Positions 8,579 through 17,069 of a stretch of DNA of 64,000 nucleotides are shown here, in pieces. Origin of the DNA: Candidatus Rokuibacteriota bacterium (GTDB lineage: Bacteria; Methylomirabilota; Methylomirabilia; Rokubacteriales; CSP1-6); the NCBI GenBank assembly GCA_016188005.1, contig JACPIQ010000095.1:13066-77065 (forward strand), read 5' to 3'. The translations under genes and the position numbers were made by a program. The notes beneath the pieces are model-generated. The model saw nothing but the letters and a program-made list of their open reading frames with translations. It made no database searches and was not told where the DNA came from. Numbering within the stretch: the stretch's first letter is position 1; the number at the start of each line of letters is the position of its first letter.

Positions 8579-9916
8579 GTGGGCTCGCTGCTCGCCCGAC
8601 TGGTCGGGGTGGCGGTGCTGTGGATCGCGGTGGCCCTGCTGGCGGCCGGGTTGATCCTGGCCCACCTGTTCCGCGCTCACGTCGAGCGCACCTTCGACGC
8701 GGGGCTGCGCGATCACATGGCCGAGCTGGTGGCATTGGCCGACACCGATGCCGCCGGCCGTCTTCGCCTCAAGCGCCCATCGGTCGATCCCAACTTCGCC
8801 CGGCCGCTGTCGGGCTGGTACTGGCAGATCACGGACTCAACCGGCCGGATCGATCGTTCGCGTTCACTGTGGGACCAGGAGCTGGCGGTCCCCGCGGCGG
8901 GACCGTCGCCCCGCCTCGTCGTCCTCGCCGGGCCGCGGGGCCAAGCCCTGCGCGCCCTGGTGCGCGCCGTCGACCTGCCAGAGGCGCCAGCGCCTTTCGG
9001 CTTCGTGGTGGCCGGCCCCCAGGAGGAGATCGAGAAGGCCGTCCACGGCCTGGTGTCGGTGCTGGCCGTGGCCCTGGTGGTGCTGGGGCTGGGCCTGGTC
9101 GGCGCGGTGGTCGGCCAGGTCGGGGTGGGTCTGCGGCCCTTGCGGCGCCTGCGCCGTGCCGTCGCCTCCGTGCGCGCCGGGCGCGCCGCCCGGGTCGACG
9201 GCGCCTATCCCGCGGAGGTGGCGCCACTGGCCGACGAGATTAACGCGCTCCTGGCCCACGACGCCGAGGTGGTGATGCGGGCACGCACCCAGGCCGGCGA
9301 CCTGGCTCACGCATTGAAGACGCCGCTGGCGGTGCTCGCCAACGAGGCCGCGGGGCTGCCGCCGGAGCGTGCGGCGCTGGTGCGCGGCCAGGCCGATCTC
9401 ATGCGGCGTCACATCGACCGTCATCTCAGCCGCGCCCGCGCCGCCGCCAGCCGCAGCGTGCTGGGTGCCCGCTGTCCGGTCGGGCCCGTGGGTGCTGCCC
9501 TGGTCCGGACCCTGGCGGCGCTGCACCGCGGTCGGACCATCGCCATCACCGTCGACGGGCTGGACGGCCTCGTCTTCGGCGGCGACCGCCACGACCTCGA
9601 GGAGATGCTGGGGAACCTCCTCGACAACGCCTGCAAGTGGGGCCGGACGCAGGTCAGGGCCGCCGGCCGCCTGGTGGCGCGCCCCGACGGCGACCGCCTC
9701 GAGCTGACGGTGGAGGATGACGGCCCTGGCATCCCCGAGGAGGCGCTGGGGGAGGCGCTCGTGCGCGGGCGCCGTCTCGACGAGAGCGTTCCAGGCAGCG
9801 GGTTGGGGCTCGCCATCGTCGACGACGTGGCGGCGCTCTATGGCGGCGGCGTCGCGCTGCGGCGCTCGGAGCTCGGTGGCCTGGCCGCCGTGCTCGATCT
9901 GCCGGCCGCGGGCTAG
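8579..9916 (+). CDS. Sensor histidine kinase
   Basis: Two transmembrane segments, HAMP region, H-box LAHALKTPLAVL, N-box LGNLLDNACKW, DDGPG, GSGLGL. Confidence 0.95.
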   Translation: MGSLLARLVGVAVLWIAVALLAAGLILAHLFRAHVERTFDAGLRDHMAELVALADTDAAGRLRLKRPSVDPNFARPLSGWYWQITDSTGRIDRSRSLWDQELAVPAAGPSPRLVVLAGPRGQALRALVRAVDLPEAPAPFGFVVAGPQEEIEKAVHGLVSVLAVALVVLGLGLVGAVVGQVGVGLRPLRRLRRAVASVRAGRAARVDGAYPAEVAPLADEINALLAHDAEVVMRARTQAGDLAHALKTPLAVLANEAAGLPPERAALVRGQADLMRRHIDRHLSRARAAASRSVLGARCPVGPVGAALVRTLAALHRGRTIAITVDGLDGLVFGGDRHDLEEMLGNLLDNACKWGRTQVRAAGRLVARPDGDRLELTVEDDGPGIPEEALGEALVRGRRLDESVPGSGLGLAIVDDVAALYGGGVALRRSELGGLAAVLDLPAAG

Positions 9917-10033
9917 CCTTCTTCCTCCGGGAGCCGGCGCAGGTCGAGCACTGGGCCGGAACCGCCGGAGGCCTGGGGGCTCTGCGGGTTTGTTGGGCCC
10001 TGTGAGCCCGGGTGATACGATAGCTGCGCCGCC

Positions 10034-11737
10034 GTGAGCACCACGTATCGACCCGAGCCTGTTCCCATCGACAACCCCGTGGAGCCCTGCGTCCGCCTCA
10101 TCCCCCTCGGGGGGCTGGGGGAGATCGGCCTCAACATGATGCTCGTGGAGTCGGGGGAGGACATCGTCGCCGTGGACTGTGGCCTCATGTTCCCCGACGA
10201 CGAGATGCGGGGGGTGGACTACGTGATCCCCGACTTCTCCTACCTCCGCCAGCGGCGCGGAGCTTTCCGGGCGGTGGCGCTGACCCACGGCCACGAGGAC
10301 CACGTCGGCGCGCTCTCCTACCTCCTCCGCGAGTTCGACGTGCCGGTGTACGGCACGCCCTTGACGCTGGCCATCGCCCGCCACCGGCTCAGCGAGCACG
10401 GGCTGGCCGAGCAGGCGGATCTCCGTCCCTATGGGCCCGGCGACGAGATCCGCGCGGGCGCCTTCCGGCTCTTCCCCATCCGCGTCACGCATTCCATCGC
10501 CGACGGCATCGGGCTCTGCATCGAGACGCCGGTGGGCACTCTGGTCCACACGGGCGACTTCAAGCTCGACGCCCATCCCGTCGACGCCCAGCAGCCCGAC
10601 TACGGCGCCTTCGCCGCCCTCGGCGCGCGGGGAGTGCTCGCGCTCTGCTCCGACTCGACCAATGTCGGCCGCCCGGGGCGCACGGGATCCGAGACCGAGG
10701 TGGGCCAGGCGCTGGCCTGGCGCTTCGCCGAGGCGCCCGGGCGGATCATCGTCGCCACCTTCGCCTCGCACATTCACCGTATCCAGCAGCTGCTCGACCT
10801 GGCCGCGGCCGGCTCCCGCAAGGTCGCGCTCCTGGGCAAGAGCATGGCGGCCAACGTCGCGGTGGCTGCCGAGCTGGGCTATCTCAAGGTGCCCGACGGG
10901 CTCCTGGTCACGCTGGACGAGGCGGCGGAGCTGTCCCCGGAGCGCCAGCTCATCCTCTCCACCGGGAGCCAGGGCGAGCCGAACTCGGCGCTGGCCCTCA
11001 TGGCGGCGGGCGAGCACAAGTACTTCGAGGTGGGCCCGGGCGACCTCGTGATCTTCTCCTCGCGCATCATCCCGGGCAACGAGCGGGTCCTGGGGCGGCT
11101 CATCAACGCGCTGCTCCGGCGTGGCGCCGAGGTGCTCTGGGAGGACGTGGCCTTCGTGCATGTCTCCGGCCACGCCAGCCAGGAGGATCTCGAGGAGATG
11201 CTGCGGCTGACCCGGCCGCGCTACTTCGTGCCGGTGCACGGCGAGTACCGCCATCTTCTGCAGCACGCCCGCCTGGCGGAGCGCATGGGGATCCCCGCCT
11301 CCCGCATCTTCCTCCTGGAGGACGGGCTCGGGCTCGAGCTGACCCGGTCCGGCGCGCGCGTCCTGAGCGGCTACCCCGCGGAGCGGGTGTTCGTGGACGG
11401 CAAGGGCGTCGGGGACATCGGGGCAGTGGTCCTGCGGGACAGAGAGATCCTCGCCGAGTCCGGCATGGTCGTGGTGGCACTCACCATCGATAGGCAGACA
11501 GGGGCCATCGTCGCGGGACCGGAGATCGTCTCGCGCGGGTTCGTCTACGTGAAGGAGGCCGACGACCTCATGGCCGAGGTGAAGGAGGCGATCCGTGACG
11601 CGCTGGCCGCCCGGGAGGAGCCGGAGGTGCTCGACAGGGAGCTGTTCGGCGCCATCGTCCGGAGCGCGGTGCGCCGGTTCATCAACCAGCGCTTCCAGCG
11701 CAAGCCCATCGTCCTTCCGGTAATTCTGGAGGTATAG
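10034..11737 (+). CDS. rnj: Ribonuclease J
   Basis: PLGGLGEIGLN, THGHEDHVG, HTGDFK, STGSQGEP, HVSGHA, PVHGEYRH. Extended -10 TGaTACGAT at 10013-10021. Confidence 0.97.
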   Translation: MSTTYRPEPVPIDNPVEPCVRLIPLGGLGEIGLNMMLVESGEDIVAVDCGLMFPDDEMRGVDYVIPDFSYLRQRRGAFRAVALTHGHEDHVGALSYLLREFDVPVYGTPLTLAIARHRLSEHGLAEQADLRPYGPGDEIRAGAFRLFPIRVTHSIADGIGLCIETPVGTLVHTGDFKLDAHPVDAQQPDYGAFAALGARGVLALCSDSTNVGRPGRTGSETEVGQALAWRFAEAPGRIIVATFASHIHRIQQLLDLAAAGSRKVALLGKSMAANVAVAAELGYLKVPDGLLVTLDEAAELSPERQLILSTGSQGEPNSALALMAAGEHKYFEVGPGDLVIFSSRIIPGNERVLGRLINALLRRGAEVLWEDVAFVHVSGHASQEDLEEMLRLTRPRYFVPVHGEYRHLLQHARLAERMGIPASRIFLLEDGLGLELTRSGARVLSGYPAERVFVDGKGVGDIGAVVLRDREILAESGMVVVALTIDRQTGAIVAGPEIVSRGFVYVKEADDLMAEVKEAIRDALAAREEPEVLDRELFGAIVRSAVRRFINQRFQRKPIVLPVILEV

Positions 11738-11770
11738 CGAGGTGTCCACGCGACGGGGGCCACGGGCGTC

Positions 11771-11877
11771 AGGCGCGGGCGGGCGCCAGCCCGGGTGCCC
11801 GCGGCCAGGCGCGGGCGGGCGCCAGCCCGGGTGCCCGCGGCCAGGCGCGGGCGGGCGCCAGCCCGGGTGCCCGCGCC
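11771..11877 (+). repeat. Tandem repeat, 3 x 36 nt, intergenic
   Basis: AGGCGCGGGCGGGCGCCAGCCCGGGTGCCCGCGGCC at 11771, 11807 and 11843. The third copy lacks one G. No spacers. Confidence 0.95.
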
Positions 11878-11890
11878 ATGGTGACATCTG

Positions 11891-14113
11891 ATGGCCGCCA
11901 GAATCGTGGATCCGCGTGCGGAGGACGGCACGGAGACGCTCGCCACGGCCCAGGACGCCCGCCGCCGGCGCACCGTCCGCAAGGCCGCCCGGGAGCACGG
12001 CCGCTGGGTGCGCGAGGTCAAGGGCATCCTCGCGCTGGCGCTGGCCGGGTTCGCCCTGGTGGCGCTCTACGCCTTCGATCCCGCCCGTCACCCGCTGGAT
12101 CAGTCGAGCCCCGTGGGCCCGGTGGGGCTCTGGCTCGGCTCCGCGAGCTTCCAGGTCTTCGGCTATGCCGGCTACCTCTTCCCGCTCCTGCTGGTCTGTT
12201 ACGGCGCGGGCGCCTTCGTCCACTCACGAATCGCGCGAGGGTGGCCCGGTGTGGTGGGACTCGGGCTCCTCCTGGTGAGCGTGGCCGGCATCCTGGCCCG
12301 CGCCTCGGATACGCTGTCGGAGCTCCGCATCCACAAGGGCGGCCTCCTCGGCTGGGCCATCACCGAGGTCCTGCTGCGCTCCGTGGGGACGGTGGGGACG
12401 TGGATTCTTCTCCTGGCGATCATCCCGGTCGGGGCTCTCTTCGTCACCCAGGCCTCCCTGGGACTGGCCTCGCGCGGCGCGGGCGCGCGGCTCGCCGGCC
12501 TCTGGCGGCGGCGTCCCGCCCCCGGCCCGGCGGGCGCCACCCCCTCCCCGAACCCAGGCGAGGGCGTGGGCAGGCCCGAGGACTCCGAGCCGACCGCCCC
12601 GCCGCCCTTCGTGGTCAAGGAGCCGCCCCGGCCCAGGGCTGGGCTCGTGGAGAAGGGACTTGCCTGGCAGGAGACCTTCGACTTCGGCACCGGCGGGGCC
12701 CGGTCCTTCCAGCTGCCGGCGGTCGGGCTCCTGGCGGCCCCCCCCGCCACCGGACTCCAGCGGACGCGGGAGGAGCTCGAGGCCAATGCCAACACGCTCA
12801 AGCGAAAGCTCCAGGACTTCGGCGTCGAGGGGCACATCGTCCAGGCCAGCCCCGGCCCCGTCATCACCTCCTACGAGTTCGAGCCGGCGCCGGGCATCAA
12901 GGTGAGCCAGGTCGTCAACCTCTCCGACGACCTCGCCCTGGCCATGAAGGCCGCCGCCGTGCGCATCGTCGGGCCCATCCCGGGGCGGGGCACCGTGGCG
13001 GTGGAGGTGCCGAACCCGGAGCAGGCCACGGTGTACCTGCGGGAGATCCTGGTCTCCTCGGAGTTCATCGAGTCCAGGGGTAAGCTGCCGCTGGCGCTGG
13101 GCAAGGACACCACCGGCAACCCCGTGGTGTCCGACCTCACCGCCATGCCCCACCTCCTCATCGCCGGCTCGACGGGCAGCGGCAAGAGTGTGGGGCTCAA
13201 CACGATGATCTGCTCGCTGCTCTACAAGGCCACGCCGGCGGATGTGCGCTTCCTCCTCATCGACCCCAAGCGGCTCGAGCTGGGGGTCTACGAGGGCATC
13301 CCCCACCTCCTGGCGCCCGTGGTCACCGACGCCAAGGAGGCGGCCATGCGCCTCAAGTGGATCGTGGGGAAGATGGACGAGCGCTACAAGCTGCTCCAGG
13401 GCAAGGCCGTCCGCAACATCGAGGGCTACAACCGTGAGGTCCCGGCCGAGGAGAAGCTCCCTTACTGGATCGTGGTGGTGGACGAGCTGGCCGACCTCAT
13501 GATGGCCTCGGCCGGCGAGGTGCAGAACTCCCTCGTGCGCCTGGCTCAGATCGCGCGGGCCGTTGGCATTCACCTGATCGTCGCCACCCAGCGGCCGTCG
13601 GTTGACGTGGTGACCGGGCTCATCAAGGCCAATTTCCCCACGCGCATCGCCTTCCAGGTAGCCTCAAAGGTCGACTCGCGCACGGTGCTCGACCAGAACG
13701 GCGCCGAGGGGCTGCTCGGGCGCGGCGACATGATCTTCGTGCCCCCGGGGGCGGCGCGGCCCATGCGCGTGCACGGCTCCTGGGTGGCCGATGGCGAAGT
13801 CAAGGCCATCTGCGAGTTCCTCCGCAAGCAGGGCGCCGCCGTGTACGAGAAGGTGGAGCTGCCGCCCGCGGCGGAGAGCGGCGGCGAGGGCGGTGAGGAC
13901 CGGGACGACATCTACTGGGATGCCGTGAACCTGGTGATCGCCCAGCGCCAGGCCTCCATCTCGTTCCTCCAGCGCCGCCTCGGCCTCGGCTACCCCAAGG
14001 CGGCGCGCTTCATCGACATGATGGAGCAGGACCGGATCATCGGGCCCGGCCAGGGAGCCAAGCCGCGCGAGGTCCTGGTCGGCCCCGACTACCTGACGAA
14101 GCACGGCAGATGA
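11891..14113 (+). CDS. ftsK: DNA translocase FtsK
   Basis: N-terminal transmembrane domain, HLLIAGSTGSGKS, VVDELADLMM, ATQRPSVDV, gamma domain SISFLQRRLGLGYPKAARFID. Confidence 0.97.
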   Translation: MAARIVDPRAEDGTETLATAQDARRRRTVRKAAREHGRWVREVKGILALALAGFALVALYAFDPARHPLDQSSPVGPVGLWLGSASFQVFGYAGYLFPLLLVCYGAGAFVHSRIARGWPGVVGLGLLLVSVAGILARASDTLSELRIHKGGLLGWAITEVLLRSVGTVGTWILLLAIIPVGALFVTQASLGLASRGAGARLAGLWRRRPAPGPAGATPSPNPGEGVGRPEDSEPTAPPPFVVKEPPRPRAGLVEKGLAWQETFDFGTGGARSFQLPAVGLLAAPPATGLQRTREELEANANTLKRKLQDFGVEGHIVQASPGPVITSYEFEPAPGIKVSQVVNLSDDLALAMKAAAVRIVGPIPGRGTVAVEVPNPEQATVYLREILVSSEFIESRGKLPLALGKDTTGNPVVSDLTAMPHLLIAGSTGSGKSVGLNTMICSLLYKATPADVRFLLIDPKRLELGVYEGIPHLLAPVVTDAKEAAMRLKWIVGKMDERYKLLQGKAVRNIEGYNREVPAEEKLPYWIVVVDELADLMMASAGEVQNSLVRLAQIARAVGIHLIVATQRPSVDVVTGLIKANFPTRIAFQVASKVDSRTVLDQNGAEGLLGRGDMIFVPPGAARPMRVHGSWVADGEVKAICEFLRKQGAAVYEKVELPPAAESGGEGGEDRDDIYWDAVNLVIAQRQASISFLQRRLGLGYPKAARFIDMMEQDRIIGPGQGAKPREVLVGPDYLTKHGR

Positions 14114-14303
14114 CTGGCGAGCCGCAGCCGGAGGCGAGGCGAGCGGAGGTGGAGGTCAGGCGAGCGTGAGCGAGCCAGGCGAGCCGCAGCCCGCAGTGCG
14201 AGGCGCAGCCGAAGGCGAGCCGAGTAGAAGGATCGAGAGAGCGCGAAGCGCGCCGAGGCGAGCGGAGATGGAGATGGCCCGAGCGGAGCGAGGGAGCGGA
14301 CTC
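14112..14303 (+). repeat. Purine-rich, internally repetitive intergenic element (GCGAGC/GNA-triloop type)
   Basis: GGCGAGCCGCAGCC at 14116 and 14178. GAGGCGAGCGGAG(G/A)TGGAG at 14136 and 14255. Very few T on the + strand. Confidence 0.6.
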
Positions 14304-14969
14304 ATGACCACAGCGCTCCTGATCACGGCGCTGGTGGCGCTTGTGGGCCTGGGGCCCCCGCCGGCGGACGCCCAGACGATGGAGGAGGTGGTGTCGGGGC
14401 TCGAGGCCACCTATGCCCGGGTGCAGGACCTCCGCGCCGACTTCTCCCAGGTGTCTCACAACCGGAGCCTGGGCCAGGACATCAGGGCGGATGGCACCGT
14501 GTACCTCAAGAAGGGCGGGAAGATGCGCTGGGAGTACCGGAGCCCGTCGGCCCAGCAAATCGTCTCGGACGGCAAGTCCCTCTGGGTCTACACCCCCGAG
14601 CTGAACCAGGTGAACACGGGCGCCGCGCCCGAGGCCCTGGCCGGTCCGGCAGGAAGCTTCCTGGCTGGCCTCGGACGCGTGCGGGAGCAGTTCCACGTGC
14701 GCTTTCTCAACCCGGCCGCCAAGGTGGATACGGCCGGCCGCCCTGTGCTCGACCTCGCCCCGAAGGTACCCACGCCGCTGCTCACCCGGCTCGTGCTCTC
14801 GCTGGACCCGAAAGATTTCGTGGTGCGCCAGGCCGTGCTCTACGACCAGCTCCAGAACACGGTCACCATGACGTTCACCCGCGTGACGATCAACGCCGGG
14901 CTCAGCGATGCGCTCTTCGCCTTCACGCCACCCAAGGGCACGGCGGTGGTGCCGCTCGCGCCCCGGTAG
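14304..14969 (+). CDS. lolA: Outer-membrane lipoprotein carrier protein LolA
   Basis: Signal peptide, LRADFSQ, GTVYLKKGGKMRWEY, QQIVSDGKSLWVYTPELNQV. Follows ftsK. Confidence 0.92.
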   Translation: MTTALLITALVALVGLGPPPADAQTMEEVVSGLEATYARVQDLRADFSQVSHNRSLGQDIRADGTVYLKKGGKMRWEYRSPSAQQIVSDGKSLWVYTPELNQVNTGAAPEALAGPAGSFLAGLGRVREQFHVRFLNPAAKVDTAGRPVLDLAPKVPTPLLTRLVLSLDPKDFVVRQAVLYDQLQNTVTMTFTRVTINAGLSDALFAFTPPKGTAVVPLAPR

Positions 14970-14999
14970 CGCCAGCCAGGAACAAGGGAGGAGACGGCC

Positions 15000-15497
15000 G
15001 TGGCCGCCGAGAACAGCTTCGACATCGCGTGCAAGGTGGACATGCAGGAGGTCGCCAACGCCATCAACCAGGCGAGGAAGGAGATCGAGACCCGCTACGA
15101 CCTGAAGGGGACACGGAACGAGATCGCGCAGGAGAAGATGGAGATCGTCCTGACCTCCGCCGACGAGATGAAACTCCGGGCCGTCCTGGACATCCTGCAG
15201 TCCCGGCTTCACCGGCGCGGCATCGATCTCAAGGCGCTCACCATCGGCGAGCCCGAGCCCGCGGCCGGGGGAACCCTCCGCCAGACGGTTACGCTCCAGG
15301 ACGGCATCCCCGTCGAGAAAGCCAAGGAGATCGTGCGCCTGATCAAGGACTCGAAGATCCGGGTCCAGGCCTCGATCCAGGAGAAGCAGGTGCGCGTCGC
15401 GGGAAAGAACCGAGACGATCTCCAGGCCGTCATCGCGCTGGTCAAGGCCAAGGATCTCGGCGTCGCGCTCCAGTTCACCAACTACCGCTCCACCTGA
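15000..15497 (+). CDS. yajQ: YajQ-family nucleotide/c-di-GMP-binding protein
   Basis: SFDIACKVDMQEV..RYDLKG, KVQASIQ-like RVQASIQ, RVAGKNRDDLQAVI, LQFTNYR. Confidence 0.95.
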   Translation: MAAENSFDIACKVDMQEVANAINQARKEIETRYDLKGTRNEIAQEKMEIVLTSADEMKLRAVLDILQSRLHRRGIDLKALTIGEPEPAAGGTLRQTVTLQDGIPVEKAKEIVRLIKDSKIRVQASIQEKQVRVAGKNRDDLQAVIALVKAKDLGVALQFTNYRST

Positions 15498-15905
15498 TTG
15501 CCTCCGCCACGTGGAGGTGCTGGCCCCCCCAGGTCCGGCGGCAGAGGGCCCGGATACCGGTGGCCGAGGGGCCTCTCCGGTGGTTCCCTGTCGGCGAGCT
15601 TGACAGCAATCCGCCCTGGCCCAGGCTCGGAACGGCACACGACAGGGGAGCTGGGTGGCGCCCAGTTGCTGGTGGCCAGTTCGAGAAGCCCTCTCCGGAC
15701 GCTGGGTTAGCCTGTAGGCCCAGCGGGGGACGGAATGCTCCCGGCGGGCATCCCTCCCCTTCCGGAACCCCGGTCCAGTGACGGCGGTGCCGGGACCGGC
15801 GCCGGCGGGGCGGCCGTGGGCCTTCCGTTTACGAAAGCCCGGACTTCATTGGCGAATACTTGTGATGAGGTCAGAGCTTTGGGTTCCCTCTCGCACCGAG
15901 CGCCA

Positions 15906-15998
15906 TGTCGACGGCGTTGACACCTCACCACATTTCCGTGGACAGCCCATGCCTAAGTCAACGAGATCAGTGAAATTCCTGCGTGGCCCTCCACTTGC
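15906..15998 (+). promoter_or_regulatory. sigma54 promoter with upstream 17-bp box (PEP-CTERM gene 1)
   Basis: TGGCCCTCCACTTGC at 15984-15998. TGTCGACGGCGTTGACA at 15906-15922. Distal TGTCGGCGAGCTTGACA at 15589-15605. Confidence 0.75.
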
Positions 15999-16052
15999 GC
16001 ATCCCGTCAGATGCCAGTGGAAGCCACAAACGGGCTGGCAGGGGGAGAGAAC

Positions 16053-16961
16053 ATGGTGAGCAAGCTGGTCGGAGCCGTGATGGCGCTGCTGGTCGCTGTC
16101 CTGCTCGGGGGGGAGCCGGCCGAGGCGAGTCACCTCGTGCTGGGGAGCGCTGAGGACCTCGCGCTGAGAACCCTTGCGCTGGAGGGGTCAGACGCTACGG
16201 GACTGCATAGGGACACCACCTACACCGGTCAGCTGGGGGCATTCCTGAGGGCTGGCCGTCACGAGCCCATTCTCGTCCTGGGGACCGTGGACCTCGGCTT
16301 CGGCGGACTGGGATTCCCCGGGGACACCGTCTACGTCAGCGAGGCGGGCCTCGCCGCCATCATTGCCGCGGGCGATTTGCACAGGTCCGACTTCAGCGCC
16401 CTCTACATCCAGAGCCCGGGGGCGTGCTGCACGGAGAGACATGCGGGCGCCGCGCCGTTCCAGGCGGACATCGGCGCCTTCTACGGTGAGGGCGGCAGCC
16501 TGGCCATCCAGGACTACGGCGGCCGCGACTGGGGGGCGGCACTGCCATTCCCTACGCCGCCTCCTGGTGCCGTGAGGGGGTTCGACACGGCGGGCGGCAC
16601 CGTCGGTACGTTCTGCTGGGACAGCGAGGTTTTCACGGCCGATGCGCTGGCCAAGGGGTTCACCCAGCCCCCGGTGCTGGGCTGCTGGGCCCATCAGGCG
16701 TATGACACGGCCTACTTCGGGGACGCGTCGGCTCTCGGCCTGTCGGCGGCCTTTCTCAGCCTCGTCGACTCCGGCCCGGCACACCCCCCGGGGTTCTCGA
16801 GCTTCCTCGCTCTCGGCGGCGGCCTCGGGACAGTCGGTGGCTGCCCCACCTGCCCGCCGGGCGACGGAACTCCCGGCGTTCCGGAGCCGGCCACCCTGCT
16901 CCTCCTGGGCGCCGGGCTCCTCGTGCTGGCTTGCTGGCGGAATCTGCGCAGAGTGTTCTAG
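16053..16961 (+). CDS. PEP-CTERM sorting-domain protein 1
   Basis: Signal peptide, C-terminal VPEPATLLLLGAGLLVLACWRNLRR (PEP motif, TM helix, basic tail). Confidence 0.92.
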   Translation: MVSKLVGAVMALLVAVLLGGEPAEASHLVLGSAEDLALRTLALEGSDATGLHRDTTYTGQLGAFLRAGRHEPILVLGTVDLGFGGLGFPGDTVYVSEAGLAAIIAAGDLHRSDFSALYIQSPGACCTERHAGAAPFQADIGAFYGEGGSLAIQDYGGRDWGAALPFPTPPPGAVRGFDTAGGTVGTFCWDSEVFTADALAKGFTQPPVLGCWAHQAYDTAYFGDASALGLSAAFLSLVDSGPAHPPGFSSFLALGGGLGTVGGCPTCPPGDGTPGVPEPATLLLLGAGLLVLACWRNLRRVF

Positions 16962-17069
16962 AGGCCCGATCAGCCGGCTACACGGCATCCTCTCACGGGC
17001 GCCAGGGATGATCCTGGCGCCCGTGGTCTTTCTGTTCTTTGCCGGTACAGGTTTGGTAGGCTGTGCCAC

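Noticed and set aside
11771-11877. CRISPR array (36-nt palindromic repeats)
   Set aside because: The repeats are directly adjacent with no spacers, there is no AT-rich leader, and no cas genes are in the window.
14166-14303. 46-aa N-terminal extension of LolA
   Set aside because: It is the translation of the repetitive element. The signal peptide begins at ATG 14304.
15515-15560. SRP (4.5S) RNA-like CAGGTCCGG motif
   Set aside because: It lacks the GGAAG(G)AAGCAG loop and the long enclosing helix.
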